This document shows positions 22,565 to 32,430 of a stretch of 64,000 bases of DNA, piece by piece (positions within the stretch are counted from its first letter, which is position 1; each line of letters begins with the position of its first letter). The DNA comes from an uncultured Gammaproteobacteria bacterium. GTDB taxonomy: Bacteria; Patescibacteriota; Microgenomatia; UBA12405. A program made the translations under genes and the position numbers. The notes beneath the pieces are model-generated. The model did no database searches and was not told the origin of the DNA. It saw only the letters and a list, made by a program, of their open reading frames with translations. The stretch spans positions 14,803 to 78,802 of the forward strand of contig CAYPBP010000003.1 of NCBI GenBank assembly GCA_964408995.1, given 5' to 3'.

Positions 22565-23671
22565 TTAGTTACAGCTAGGATCGGCGGCGGCGGGAGCAGC
22601 GGCGGCACCTGCAGCAGTTGGAGTGACAGCGGCAGGTTTTTCTAGACTCTTTTTACATTCTTTTGGAGCATTTTTGAAAGTACTACAAAGAGCTTCTTTG
22701 ATAACATCTTGGTTTCTTGTTTGACTTAAAGCATAAACTTTGTTGCCAATTTTAATGTTTTGATCGGTAGCATCAGTACCAAGCTCTGGAGGGAATGGTT
22801 TATCACCAATCATTAAAGTAGGTGAACCTTGAATTTGATACTTAGTAGTATCAGCAATTTCTTTTTCAATTAAGATACCAGCTTCTTTATTGAAACATTC
22901 AGTGATTTTGTTGGTATCTAAACCGGCTTTTTTAGCTTGTTCTTCCCAACAAGTGTCAGCATTGGTTGAAGTACAGTTTTCGTTGACGTTACCGATGAAA
23001 TCCCACCAAAGTTTTTTGTCGGTGGCCTGATTATAAGCACAAATTTCTCGAACATGTTGATTAGCCTCAACTCGGCCATTAAGAGCTGAATAAAGATTAT
23101 TGCCTATCTTTAGGTATGATTTTTCATCATTACAAGCTTTTTCTCCAACAACAGCTTGAGTTACCATAGCAGCAATTTGTTGTTTACAATCAGCTATATC
23201 TTTAAGTTGACCTTGACTTTGAGCAACATATTCAGCGCACTTATTTGGATCATAAGGAATAGTATATCTAGTTTTACAATATGTAGCTAAATTACCTTCG
23301 ATCTTGTCAAAGATATAACGAGGTCTGATATCTACTTTGTTTCCTAAAAGATCAAAAACTGGTCTTAGGGTGTCTTCTATATCATTACCATAAGGACAGA
23401 AACTCATTACATAAAAATCTAATTGAGGTTTGTCTACTTTAGTAGGAGTAAAAATATTTTTAGTAGTTAATTTAGTAGGGGTTATTTTATATTTAACTTT
23501 CATTAAAATAACTCCAGTAATTAAGGAGGCACTAGCTAATAATAAAGAAAAAATAAGAGCCCAAATAAGAGGGACACTTATAGACTTTTTGCAAATTGAA
23601 CAGTTAAGCCCTTTTTTTACTGTTTTCTTTTTGGTTTCAACTTCTTTTTTAATGATTTTTTTCTTTGGCAT
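22565..23671 (-). CDS. membrane-anchored DsbA-like thioredoxin-fold protein with Ala/Pro-rich C-terminus
   Basis: N-terminal TM; FYVMSFCPYGND resembles the DsbA CPYC active site but reads CPYG; C-terminal PAAVTPTAAGAAAAPAAADP encoded by a GC-rich stretch. Confidence 0.5.
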   Translation of the reverse strand: MPKKKIIKKEVETKKKTVKKGLNCSICKKSISVPLIWALIFSLLLASASLITGVILMKVKYKITPTKLTTKNIFTPTKVDKPQLDFYVMSFCPYGNDIEDTLRPVFDLLGNKVDIRPRYIFDKIEGNLATYCKTRYTIPYDPNKCAEYVAQSQGQLKDIADCKQQIAAMVTQAVVGEKACNDEKSYLKIGNNLYSALNGRVEANQHVREICAYNQATDKKLWWDFIGNVNENCTSTNADTCWEEQAKKAGLDTNKITECFNKEAGILIEKEIADTTKYQIQGSPTLMIGDKPFPPELGTDATDQNIKIGNKVYALSQTRNQDVIKEALCSTFKNAPKECKKSLEKPAAVTPTAAGAAAAPAAADPSCN

Positions 23672-23696
23672 ATTTATTTAATTATTAATTATTAAT

Positions 23697-23888
23697 TTAT
23701 TTTTTAATATTGATTGCTCCAACAGGACAAGCATCAATTGCTGACTTTATATTATCATTAATTTCTTGTGGTTGTTTTTTTACTTTGGCTTTATAAATGG
23801 AATTATCCATTTCAAAAGTTTCTGGATCCATTATGGGGCAAGTGTTACAACCAATGCATTTGTTTTGATCGATTATTATTTTAGACAT
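23697..23888 (-). CDS. 4Fe-4S ferredoxin (small)
   Basis: CIGCNTCP ... CPVGAI cysteine pattern. Confidence 0.7.
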   Translation of the reverse strand: MSKIIIDQNKCIGCNTCPIMDPETFEMDNSIYKAKVKKQPQEINDNIKSAIDACPVGAINIKK

Positions 23889-23951
23889 GCTTTTATATTA
23901 CCTAATTTAGTTATTATGTCAATAACAACAAGATTGATATAATAAGAATCT

Positions 23952-24953
23952 ATGGATATTAAAAGCAAAATTAATAATTTAGAAAATCACCAACTCTTTT
24001 TAAGAGTTAAAAGATTGTCTGGTCTTTTTTTGAGAAAAAATGATTTTGTAGAAGTTGATAATCCCCTGCTTTCGCCTAAACTAATCCCTGAATCTTATTT
24101 AGAAATTTTTGAGACAAAAAATTGTTATAAACAAGATGATCAAAAGATGTATTTGATTCCATCTCCAGAATTATTTTTAAAAAGATTGATTTCTAAAGGG
24201 ATTGGTAATTGTTATTTTTTGGGAAAAGTATTTAGAAATAATGAGCCAGTAGAAAAAAAACATTCTTATGAATTTACAATGCTTGAGTTTTACCGAGTTG
24301 GTGCTGATTATTTTGATGTAGCTAATGATGTAATGAATTTACTTAGATTTTTAGCCAAAAAAATATTTAATAAAAATGAGATTGAATATCAAGGTAAAAA
24401 AATAAGTTTAGATAGTTATGAAAAAATTACAGTATCAGAGGCTTTTTTGAAATATGCTGGTATTAGTGAAATTTTTGATCATAAAGAGTTTTTTAAACAA
24501 GCAGAAAAAAAAGGTTACAGAGTTTCTGGTTTAGATTATATTGATTTGTGGTCTCAGATTTATGGAATTGAAGTTGAAGCAAATTTGGGGAAAAATGGGC
24601 AAGTTACTTTTATTTATGATTATCCAAAAGAATTAGCAGCAATTACTAAAATTAATGATTTAGGAATTGCTCAGAGGTTTGAGTTTTATATTGAAGGAAT
24701 AGAATTGGGAAATTGTGGTAATGAAGGAGTGGATATTGATGAATATAAAGAGAGATTTTATAAAGATATAGAAATTCGTAAAAAATTAGATTTAATTGAC
24801 TATTCTCCTGATGTAGATTTTATTTCTGTTTTAGAAAAATTACCAAAATGTGCTGGTATTGCCATTGGGATGGACAGACTAGCAATGATTTTTGCCAATC
24901 AATTAAGTATTTCCGATTTACAATTAATTTCAATTCTGCAAAGCAGAAATTAA
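23952..24953 (+). CDS. epmA: EF-P (R)-beta-lysine ligase (truncated class II LysRS paralog EpmA/PoxA)
   Basis: SPELFLKRLISKGIGNCYFLGKVFRNNEP...HSYEFTMLEFYR and GIAIGMDRLAMIF align block-for-block with E. coli EpmA; ~330 aa, no anticodon-binding domain. Confidence 0.75.
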   Translation: MDIKSKINNLENHQLFLRVKRLSGLFLRKNDFVEVDNPLLSPKLIPESYLEIFETKNCYKQDDQKMYLIPSPELFLKRLISKGIGNCYFLGKVFRNNEPVEKKHSYEFTMLEFYRVGADYFDVANDVMNLLRFLAKKIFNKNEIEYQGKKISLDSYEKITVSEAFLKYAGISEIFDHKEFFKQAEKKGYRVSGLDYIDLWSQIYGIEVEANLGKNGQVTFIYDYPKELAAITKINDLGIAQRFEFYIEGIELGNCGNEGVDIDEYKERFYKDIEIRKKLDLIDYSPDVDFISVLEKLPKCAGIAIGMDRLAMIFANQLSISDLQLISILQSRN

Positions 24954-24957
24954 TACT

Positions 24958-25776
24958 ATGAATGATATATTCCAAGAAGATAAGTTTACACCAGTTAAAG
25001 GTTTAATTAGAAGGTATACGGATCGGGTTTTAATGGAATTAACTTTAAAATGTCCAGTTGAATGTGAATTCTGTTATCGAAAATGGAAAAAAGAAGAATG
25101 TAGAAAAGAATTGACTAAAAAAGATATTGACAATATGTTTGATTATATTATTAAAAATAAAAATATTAATGAAATTATTTTGTCTGGTGGTGAACCATTA
25201 ATAGTGCTGAATTTAATGGAATATGTTTTTGAAAAAGTTAGACTTTTAGATCAAATTAGAATTATTAGAATTCATACTAGAGCTCCAATAACAGCTCCAA
25301 AACTAGTTTCTAAAAGATTTTTAGATATTTTGAAATATAAGAATAATAATAAGATAGTTTACTTGTCACTTCATGTGAATCATATTAATGAGATTAACAA
25401 AGAAGTTGAAATGGCTATAAAAAAAATTAGGCAAACTGGAGTAATTTTATATTCACAATCGGTTTTGTTAAAAGATTTTAATGATTCAATTACTGATTTA
25501 AAAAATCTTTTTGGTAAATTAATTGAATTAGGAGTGCGGCCATATAATATTTATCAATGTAACAAAATTAAAGGCTTGGAAAAATATATGGTTCCAACTA
25601 AAAAAGCAGTAGGAATAATGACTGAGTTAAGAAAAACAATTTCTGGTTTTTGTTGCCCTAATTTAATAATAGATGTGCCAGGTAATGCTAATAAAATAGT
25701 GGCTCCTTTATTTTTTTGGGAAGTAAAGTTAGATTATCTTTTTGACTTTAGCGGTAATAAGGTTGAGATTGGTTAA
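24958..25776 (+). CDS. epmB: KamA-family radical SAM lysine 2,3-aminomutase (EF-P modification)
   Basis: CPVECEFCYRKW (CxxxCxxC radical-SAM cluster in the KamA arrangement); immediately downstream of epmA. Confidence 0.7.
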   Translation: MNDIFQEDKFTPVKGLIRRYTDRVLMELTLKCPVECEFCYRKWKKEECRKELTKKDIDNMFDYIIKNKNINEIILSGGEPLIVLNLMEYVFEKVRLLDQIRIIRIHTRAPITAPKLVSKRFLDILKYKNNNKIVYLSLHVNHINEINKEVEMAIKKIRQTGVILYSQSVLLKDFNDSITDLKNLFGKLIELGVRPYNIYQCNKIKGLEKYMVPTKKAVGIMTELRKTISGFCCPNLIIDVPGNANKIVAPLFFWEVKLDYLFDFSGNKVEIG

Positions 25777-26269
25777 TAATATTTTTATTTGTTTCTAAAA
25801 ACTCCCCTGCTAAAATAATGGCTTTTAATAGCATATTAACTCTATCTTCAGCTTGTTGTCTGTTTAAATTTTCTGATATATTGGGGAAATAATGAAAAAT
25901 TTCATTTCTGCCAAATTTCCAAGCAGTCCATAATTTTTCAGCTAATTCTTCACCACTTTCATGAATATCAGCTAATTTTTGATAAACAGAAAATCTTTTA
26001 TATCTTAGAGATGGGTTTAAAGTTTTGCCAACACGAAAACGTTCGCTTTCATAATCTTCATTACTAATGATATCTATTTTAAGAAAGAAATCTTTTAAAA
26101 AACCTTCATATGCTTTAGCAATTGGAGCTACAAAAAAAGCATAATCATGGATATGGTCATCCAAGTCAAATATATTTAAAATAGTTTCAACATCAGTTAA
26201 CAGATTTTTTTGGTTTTGACTTAAAAACTTTTTCGCATCTTCAAAAAGTTTAGTTGATGACATTATCAT
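25748..26269 (-). CDS. hypothetical protein with a possible HEPN-like Rx4H motif
   Basis: GRNEIFHYF (R-x4-H) in C-terminal half; otherwise unrecognised. Confidence 0.3.
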   Translation of the reverse strand: MIMSSTKLFEDAKKFLSQNQKNLLTDVETILNIFDLDDHIHDYAFFVAPIAKAYEGFLKDFFLKIDIISNEDYESERFRVGKTLNPSLRYKRFSVYQKLADIHESGEELAEKLWTAWKFGRNEIFHYFPNISENLNRQQAEDRVNMLLKAIILAGEFLETNKNIINQSQPYYR

Positions 26270-26829
26270 ATTTTAGATTTTACAAAAAGGAATAGAAAAA
26301 TAAAAAAGAAAAAGGTAAAAACTATTAGATATTTTTTAAGAAATTTTACAGGTAGTTGATTTTCTTCTCTAGCAAAGAGCCAATCTTGGAGGAATTTGGG
26401 ATTTTCTAAATAATCTTTTATTTCATCAACAAGAAGATGTAAATTAATAGATAAAAGAAAGGCTAAAACTAAAACATTTGAATATAAAGTAAAAATAAAT
26501 AAAGAAATTAAATTAAGGCTAATTTGAAAAAAATAATGATGGAAAATTAAATTGTTATGACTTTTTCCAGCTAGTCTGATTAGTTTATAAATAGATTTAA
26601 AATCTTTTTTTTGAAAAGTTGATCTAACTATGCGACTTTCATCGGTGTTTGGTTTTCTAAAAAACCAATAAATTATATGATCGATGTCTAGAAAAAAAGT
26701 GCCTAACATAATTCCAAAAAACAAAAGCAATATTTCTTTACTAGAAATTCCAAAAATAACCCAAATTATTGAGATAAATAAAAAAAGTATAAAACTTGGT
26801 AATAGGTGAAAAAGAAAATCTTGTTTCAT
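26266..26829 (-). CDS. membrane protein, hypothetical (possibly YdjM/DUF457-like membrane hydrolase)
   Basis: Four to five TM helices with conserved His (LDIDHII, IFHHYFF, HLLVDE); 4-nt overlap with the upstream gene. Confidence 0.3.
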   Translation of the reverse strand: MKQDFLFHLLPSFILFLFISIIWVIFGISSKEILLLFFGIMLGTFFLDIDHIIYWFFRKPNTDESRIVRSTFQKKDFKSIYKLIRLAGKSHNNLIFHHYFFQISLNLISLFIFTLYSNVLVLAFLLSINLHLLVDEIKDYLENPKFLQDWLFAREENQLPVKFLKKYLIVFTFFFFIFLFLFVKSKI

Positions 26830-26853
26830 TTATTAATGATAACAAAAATAAAA

Positions 26854-28071
26854 CTACTCGTATCGAAGGGCTTCGATTGGGGAAAGCTTGGAGGCCTTGT
26901 TAGCTGGAGCGACTCCAAAAATAATACCAACAGCAGAAGATACTCCAAAAGCTATTATTATTGATGAAATAGTGATTTTGGCGGGAAAGAAATTGTTAAT
27001 AGCAATTGTGCCAAGACCACCCAAAATAATACCAACTAATCCACCAAGGCAAGACAAAATAATGGCTTCAATTAGAAATTGAACTAAAATAGCTCTTGGG
27101 TAGGCACCAATGGCTTTTCTAAGTCCTATTTCTTTAGTTCTTTCTGTAACCGAAACCAACATAATATTCATAATACCAACACCTCCAACAATCAAAGAAA
27201 TGGCAGCAATACCAGTAAGAGCAATTGTAAGAGTGTTGATAATGGCATTGATAGAGCTTAAGAGTTGAGAACTATCAAAAACAGAAAAATCATCGACACC
27301 ATATCTTTCAAGCATTATATTAATGATTTCTTTTTTAGTTGATTCAATTACATCTTTGTTTTGGGCTTTAACAACAATACTATTAATGTTTTCGTTTCCA
27401 GCAAGACTGGAAATGACGGTTAGTGGACCGTAAGCTTGATCATCTATACTTGGTCCACCCATTGAAGCACCTTTTTTATCTACAACCCCTATAACTTTTA
27501 AACTTTTTCCTTTGACGATTACTTTTTTACCAAGAGCATTTGATTTTGGGAAAAGAGTTTGGGCAACTTTATGGCCCAAAACAATAACTGGAGTTTTCTT
27601 GTCATTTTCTTCTTTGGTAAACCAACGACCGTTACCCTCAGATGGAAGTAAATTATTGTTTTTGCCGAATTCTTCTGTGGAACCATCAATTTCTATTTGT
27701 TTTTTTATAGCTTGGTTTGATTTGATGTCAGCAAAAGTAGCATTGACTGGCATTACAATAGAATTTTTTAATTTTCGATTAAGATTGTTTATATCTTTTT
27801 GAGTAAAGCTAGAAGTCATTACAAAACCACCTTGAGCAAAACCACCATCATTATTAAAGACTTTTCCTGGGGTAACAAAAATTGAATTAGCACCAAGACT
27901 TTCAAATTGTTGAGTGACATAGTCTTTAAGACCATTACCAATTGAAGTTAATAAAATAACTGAAGTGACACCAATAATAATTCCAAGAGAAGTTAATATA
28001 GTTCGACTTTTATTCTTTAAAATAGATCTAAAACTAGATTTTAGAAGATCATTAAATGACGGTTTAAGCAT
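26854..28071 (-). CDS. ABC transporter permease, MacB/FtsX-like
   Basis: N-terminal TM, large periplasmic MacB-like domain, C-terminal FtsX 3-TM bundle. Confidence 0.85.
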   Translation of the reverse strand: MLKPSFNDLLKSSFRSILKNKSRTILTSLGIIIGVTSVILLTSIGNGLKDYVTQQFESLGANSIFVTPGKVFNNDGGFAQGGFVMTSSFTQKDINNLNRKLKNSIVMPVNATFADIKSNQAIKKQIEIDGSTEEFGKNNNLLPSEGNGRWFTKEENDKKTPVIVLGHKVAQTLFPKSNALGKKVIVKGKSLKVIGVVDKKGASMGGPSIDDQAYGPLTVISSLAGNENINSIVVKAQNKDVIESTKKEIINIMLERYGVDDFSVFDSSQLLSSINAIINTLTIALTGIAAISLIVGGVGIMNIMLVSVTERTKEIGLRKAIGAYPRAILVQFLIEAIILSCLGGLVGIILGGLGTIAINNFFPAKITISSIIIAFGVSSAVGIIFGVAPANKASKLSPIEALRYE

Positions 28072-28777
28072 TTTTATCCTCCACTATTTTTCCATCTTTA
28101 ATAATAATAGTTCGATTCGCTTGTTTGGCTAAATCCATATCATGGGTAACTAAAACAATAGTTCTTCCCTCTTTTTCGTTTAATTGGTGGAAAAATTTCA
28201 TAATTTCAATTCCAGATTTACTGTCTAAATTACCAGTTGGTTCGTCGGCTAGAATAATTTGAGGATTATTAATTAGGGCTCTAGCGATAGCAACTCGTTG
28301 TTGTTGACCACCAGAAAGTTGAGCTGGAGTATTTGAAGTTTTGTCTTGAAGTCCAACCTTAATTAACATATCTAATGCCATTTGATTACGGTCTTTTTTG
28401 GGAACATCAGAATATAAAAGTGGCAGTAAAACATTTTCTAAAGATGAAGTTTTGGCTAATAAATTAAATTGTTGGAAAACAAAACCAAGAGTTATATTTC
28501 TTATTTGAGCTAGCTCATGTTCTTGGAGTTTAGAAATATCTTTACCATTTAAAAGAACCTCACCTGAAGTTGGGTTATCTAACAAACCAATTATATGCAT
28601 TAAAGTTGATTTACCAGAACCAGAAGGGCCAGTTATAGAAACAAATTCACCTTGATGTATTTTTACACTAATATTATCGAGAGCATTAAAAGAATTAATT
28701 CCAGTAATGTAAGTTTTGGTAACTTTTTTTAATTCTAAAATAACCTTAGAATTATTTTGAGATAACAATTTGGTCAT
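28064..28777 (-). CDS. ABC transporter ATP-binding protein (MacB/LolD type)
   Basis: Walker A GPSGSGKST, LSGGQQQRVAIARAL, Walker B ILADEPTGNLD. Confidence 0.9.
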   Translation of the reverse strand: MTKLLSQNNSKVILELKKVTKTYITGINSFNALDNISVKIHQGEFVSITGPSGSGKSTLMHIIGLLDNPTSGEVLLNGKDISKLQEHELAQIRNITLGFVFQQFNLLAKTSSLENVLLPLLYSDVPKKDRNQMALDMLIKVGLQDKTSNTPAQLSGGQQQRVAIARALINNPQIILADEPTGNLDSKSGIEIMKFFHQLNEKEGRTIVLVTHDMDLAKQANRTIIIKDGKIVEDKNA

Positions 28778-29870
28778 TTTCAGAAAGTCCTTCTAAAACT
28801 TCAACAATAGTATCAGTTTCAATTCCAGTTTTAATATATTTTTTAGTTAGTTCTGGTTTTTCTGTTTCTTTAACTAAAACATAAACTTTATCACCATCTT
28901 GGTGTAAAGTATTAATTGGAATGGTTAGAGCATTTTCGACTTCTTTTAGAGAAATAACAGCATCACCATCCATTCCGATTCGGTATTGAAGATTATCATT
29001 TTCTTTTGGAAGGCTAAATCTGACCTCGTAAACAGTACTAGATTCACCTTTGGCTGGGATAAAAGAAATATAATCTATTTTAGATTCAAAGAATTTATCT
29101 GAAAAACTATCAATTTTAATAGTGGTTTTATCCCCTATTTTTATTTTAGGAACATCTTCTTGATCAATTTTTGATTGAAAATAAATGCTGTTTGGATCAA
29201 TAATAGAGAAAGTAGCTGTGGCAGGAGAGATATTTATACCACTGCTTGGTTGTTCAATGTTGGTAACAATACCAGCAATTGGAGTTATTAAAGTGGCATA
29301 TTTAATGGTTAAATCTTGAAGTTCATAATTTATGACTGAATTATCTAAAGTATTTTGTGATCTGACCAAAATTCTTTTCATCTCATCAGTAAGAGTTAGA
29401 CTATCTTTTTCAGTTTTATAATCGTCTTGAGTGTCATCAAAAGTAGCTAATGCAGATCGGTAATTATTGAAATCAATTTGGAGTCGTTTCTTTAATTCTT
29501 CTTTGTTAAGAGAAGCAATAGCTTGATATTTTCTAACTTTATCCCCTACTTTGACACCAACCCAAGCTAGTTGACCACTGGTTTGAAAACGAAGATCAGT
29601 CTTAAGATTGGCGTCGATTGATCCAGCAAGAGTTATTTCGTCTTTAATAGTTTGTCTTATTGGGGTTATTAGTTTTTCTTTTTTGGTATCTAACTTAGTT
29701 TTTTCACTAGAGTTTGATTGAGCTCTAATTTTAATAAAACCAAAAATTAAAACAAAAGCTACGGTGATAATAATAATTTTTTTGAAGTGTTTTTTAAGAA
29801 ACGGCATATCGTTTGTATTATACTCTAAAATTAAGCTAATTTCTCTTTTTTTAATTCTTTTATTTTCCAC
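28752..29870 (-). CDS. HlyD/MacA-family periplasmic adaptor (membrane fusion protein)
   Basis: N-terminal TM, coiled-coil, beta-barrel layout; operon with the ABC ATPase and permease. Confidence 0.65.
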   Translation of the reverse strand: MENKRIKKREISLILEYNTNDMPFLKKHFKKIIIITVAFVLIFGFIKIRAQSNSSEKTKLDTKKEKLITPIRQTIKDEITLAGSIDANLKTDLRFQTSGQLAWVGVKVGDKVRKYQAIASLNKEELKKRLQIDFNNYRSALATFDDTQDDYKTEKDSLTLTDEMKRILVRSQNTLDNSVINYELQDLTIKYATLITPIAGIVTNIEQPSSGINISPATATFSIIDPNSIYFQSKIDQEDVPKIKIGDKTTIKIDSFSDKFFESKIDYISFIPAKGESSTVYEVRFSLPKENDNLQYRIGMDGDAVISLKEVENALTIPINTLHQDGDKVYVLVKETEKPELTKKYIKTGIETDTIVEVLEGLSENDQIVISK

Positions 29871-30127
29871 ATAAAAAGTTTATACGGAGTTTCAATGGTG
29901 CCTTTATTTTGATCTTTAACAAAATATCTGGCTTTTTCCAAAATTTCTCGGTCTAAATTTTTGGCAAGACGAATATAAATAGCTCTGCCTTTCCAATCAT
30001 CTAATTCTTTGGCAAGTTCGAGGCCATAAGCTTGATATTCGTTTTTAACGTATTTTTTCCTTTTAGCTAAAGTTTCTTTAAACTTAGTAAACTGTTCTCC
30101 GATTAAACTAATTTGTTGATTTTTCAT
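29831..30127 (-). CDS. hypothetical small protein
   Basis: ORF overlapping both neighbours in an operon. Confidence 0.3.
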   Translation of the reverse strand: MKNQQISLIGEQFTKFKETLAKRKKYVKNEYQAYGLELAKELDDWKGRAIYIRLAKNLDREILEKARYFVKDQNKGTIETPYKLFMWKIKELKKEKLA

Positions 30128-31643
30128 TATTTTTTAAATACAAAATGTAGGCCTGGCCATCAGTTAAAAATTTATTGCCACTTTTTTTGGTGACGTAAGT
30201 TAAACCAGTTAAATCGATTTTTTCAACTGATTTAATAAAGCCATTTTGCTGGAGTTCGTTTTTTAATCTTTCCCTTTGTTTGTCAACAATTAATTCGGTA
30301 GTGTGAATTGGCATAATTATATTGAACTTAGTTTTTACTTTTTCATCAAAATGAGCAGTGCCAAGCCAGACTGATTGATTATCGGGAGTGATAAATGAAG
30401 TTTCCCAAATATGAATATGTTGTCTGGCAGTTGGTTCTTTTAGATCTGGTTTGCCAAAACCAAAATCATTTGGTTTAGTGTTCCAAAAAACTGGTAAACC
30501 AGGGGTGTTGTAATAGGAGTTTTTATTTATTAAGGATTTGATAATTTTTATAGTATTTTTAAATCCTATTGGGTCTAACAAATACCAACCAGAATCAATA
30601 AAAGCTTTATTTAAAGTTTCTTTGTTGGCAACGATAATGAAATTAATTGGTTCGGCTGGACTGCCAGTTATATTTTCACTTATTTTTGGCAAAGTTTCGA
30701 ATAATTTATTATCAATATCTTCTGAGTTGATCATAGTTTTTGGAATTAAAATTTGAGAACTTTCTTTAAGTGGGTGATTTTTATAGAAATTGTAAGTAAA
30801 AATAAAAAATAAAATTAAAAGTAACACAGTAATTTGAGTAATAGTTTTATGTTTTAGTTTTGGAACTATTGTTACTGGGTGAAATTTGTTTTTAATATTG
30901 TTGGCAGTAATAATAATTGATAACCAAGCTAGACCTGAAGCATAACTAGCTAAAACATCTGATGGCCAATGGGCTCCAAGATAAATTCGAGAAAAACCAA
31001 TTAGAATTATTAAAACAGACCCAAAAAACAAAATTATTTTTTTTAGATTTTTTTTCTTTAGGCTTTTAAAAATAAAAAAAGTAATTAAGCCATAAAAAGC
31101 AATAGCGGCAAAAGTGTGACCACTAGGGAAACTATAACTAGTCTCAGCAACAAGAGCTTCACTAAGTGGAGGGCGAGGTCTTTCTATTATGTTTTTAATA
31201 ATCCAAACAAATAATTGACCAAAAATAACGGAAACTAGTAATGATTTTAAATAAGACCATTTATTGAGTAAAAATAAAATAATTAAAGAAAAAATAACTG
31301 CTACTGTTATGACTTCACCTTTGGCAAGATGAGTTATAAAAAGCATTAATTCGTTAATATACGATTTACGATATTGACTAACTAGGTTGATTATTCGAAG
31401 ATCGGCTTTGATTAAAGTTTCTTGGCCAATGTAATCTTGGATAATGCCAAAAAATAAGAAAACAAAGAACAAGGTAAATAAAGTACCAATAGTTAAATAA
31501 AGTCCATATTTTTCATTGGGGGTAAGGCGTTTTTTAATAAATTGAAAAAAATGAGGATGTTTAGAAATTATTTTTCTGACTTCAGGATCGTTTCTAACTC
31601 CATGATGAGTGGACTTAACAATTGATTTAATAATTTTTTTCAT
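30108..31643 (-). CDS. PAP2-family phosphatase fused to a C-terminal LssY-like domain
   Basis: KxxxxxxRP ... SFPSGHT ... SRIYLGAHWPSDV (PAP2 motifs I-III) within six TM helices; long soluble C-terminal domain. Confidence 0.7.
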   Translation of the reverse strand: MKKIIKSIVKSTHHGVRNDPEVRKIISKHPHFFQFIKKRLTPNEKYGLYLTIGTLFTLFFVFLFFGIIQDYIGQETLIKADLRIINLVSQYRKSYINELMLFITHLAKGEVITVAVIFSLIILFLLNKWSYLKSLLVSVIFGQLFVWIIKNIIERPRPPLSEALVAETSYSFPSGHTFAAIAFYGLITFFIFKSLKKKNLKKIILFFGSVLIILIGFSRIYLGAHWPSDVLASYASGLAWLSIIITANNIKNKFHPVTIVPKLKHKTITQITVLLLILFFIFTYNFYKNHPLKESSQILIPKTMINSEDIDNKLFETLPKISENITGSPAEPINFIIVANKETLNKAFIDSGWYLLDPIGFKNTIKIIKSLINKNSYYNTPGLPVFWNTKPNDFGFGKPDLKEPTARQHIHIWETSFITPDNQSVWLGTAHFDEKVKTKFNIIMPIHTTELIVDKQRERLKNELQQNGFIKSVEKIDLTGLTYVTKKSGNKFLTDGQAYILYLKNNEKSTN

Positions 31644-31699
31644 CTTTAAATTATAGCAATAATAAAGTAATCCTTATTTAAGATCTCAGATTTCAGTTT

Positions 31700-32260
31700 T
31701 CAGATCTCAGTTATTTTAGATATTTCAGTAAATATTTTAGGAATGAGAGAATCGATTATTATTTTTTCTTCTGAGGTAAAAGGTAGTAAAACATAGTCTT
31801 CAACTGGAATATTATCTGAAGCTTTACTAATACCAACCCTGATTCTATTAAACTGTTGAGTGTTTAAGTTTTCAATAATCGATTTAATACCATTATGACC
31901 AGCTGGTCCTCTATCAAATTGAATTTTAAAATCCCCTACAGGTAAATCTAAATCATCATGGATAATATAAATATCTTGGGGAGAAATTTTATAGAATTTG
32001 GTAATTTTTTGGACAGATAGACCGGAGTTGTTCATATATTCGGTAGTAATGCCGATTAAAATCTTATTGTTGAATTTTGTAGAGACGCCAGATCTGGCGT
32101 CTCTACATGGAAGTTCCGAAAGTTGGGCTGATAATTTAGGAATTTTTTTCAATTCCAAATTTTGTTTTTTTAAAAAATCAATAACAATTTTTTGACCCAA
32201 ATTATGACGAGTGTTTTCATATTTTTTATCTGGATTACCAAGACCAATAATTAATTTCAT
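31700..32260 (-). CDS. pth: peptidyl-tRNA hydrolase with an in-frame palindromic insertion (32079-32106)
   Basis: MKLIIGLGNPDKKYENTRHNLG, HDDLDLPVG, GHNGIKSI Pth motifs; extra ~11 aa (PCRDARSGVST) relative to E. coli Pth is encoded by gtagagacgccagatctggcgtctctac. Confidence 0.85.
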   Translation of the reverse strand: MKLIIGLGNPDKKYENTRHNLGQKIVIDFLKKQNLELKKIPKLSAQLSELPCRDARSGVSTKFNNKILIGITTEYMNNSGLSVQKITKFYKISPQDIYIIHDDLDLPVGDFKIQFDRGPAGHNGIKSIIENLNTQQFNRIRVGISKASDNIPVEDYVLLPFTSEEKIIIDSLIPKIFTEISKITEI

Positions 32261-32288
32261 ATCTTTATTTTAACAGGTCTAATAATAT

Positions 32289-32318
32289 AGATACGCCCCG
32301 CAGCTGCGGGGCGTATCT
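32289..32318. repeat. perfect 30-bp GC-rich palindrome (AGATACGCCCCGCAGCTGCGGGGCGTATCT) between ligA and pth
   Basis: Self-complementary by eye; member of the CCCCGC-N4-GCGGGG hairpin family. Confidence 0.8.
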
Positions 32319-32430
32319 AATAAATTATCTATTAAGACACTATTTTATATATATAGATACTATATGATATAAAATGATTCCCTAAGGATAGGGAAAAGTT
32401 AGAAAAGTGGTCTTTTTAGCACTGTTGCTA

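Noticed and set aside
21964-22608. Full-length ORF start (MPPLLPPPP...) for the SpoU gene
   Set aside because: The N-terminal extension runs through the upstream gene's terminator hairpin; the internal Met at 22506 gives a standard SpoU N-terminus.
22394-22645. Plus-strand ORF 22394..22645 and minus ORF 22128..22349
   Set aside because: They overlap the SpoU methyltransferase and the terminator/poly-Ala GC-rich region in the wrong frame or strand; no support.
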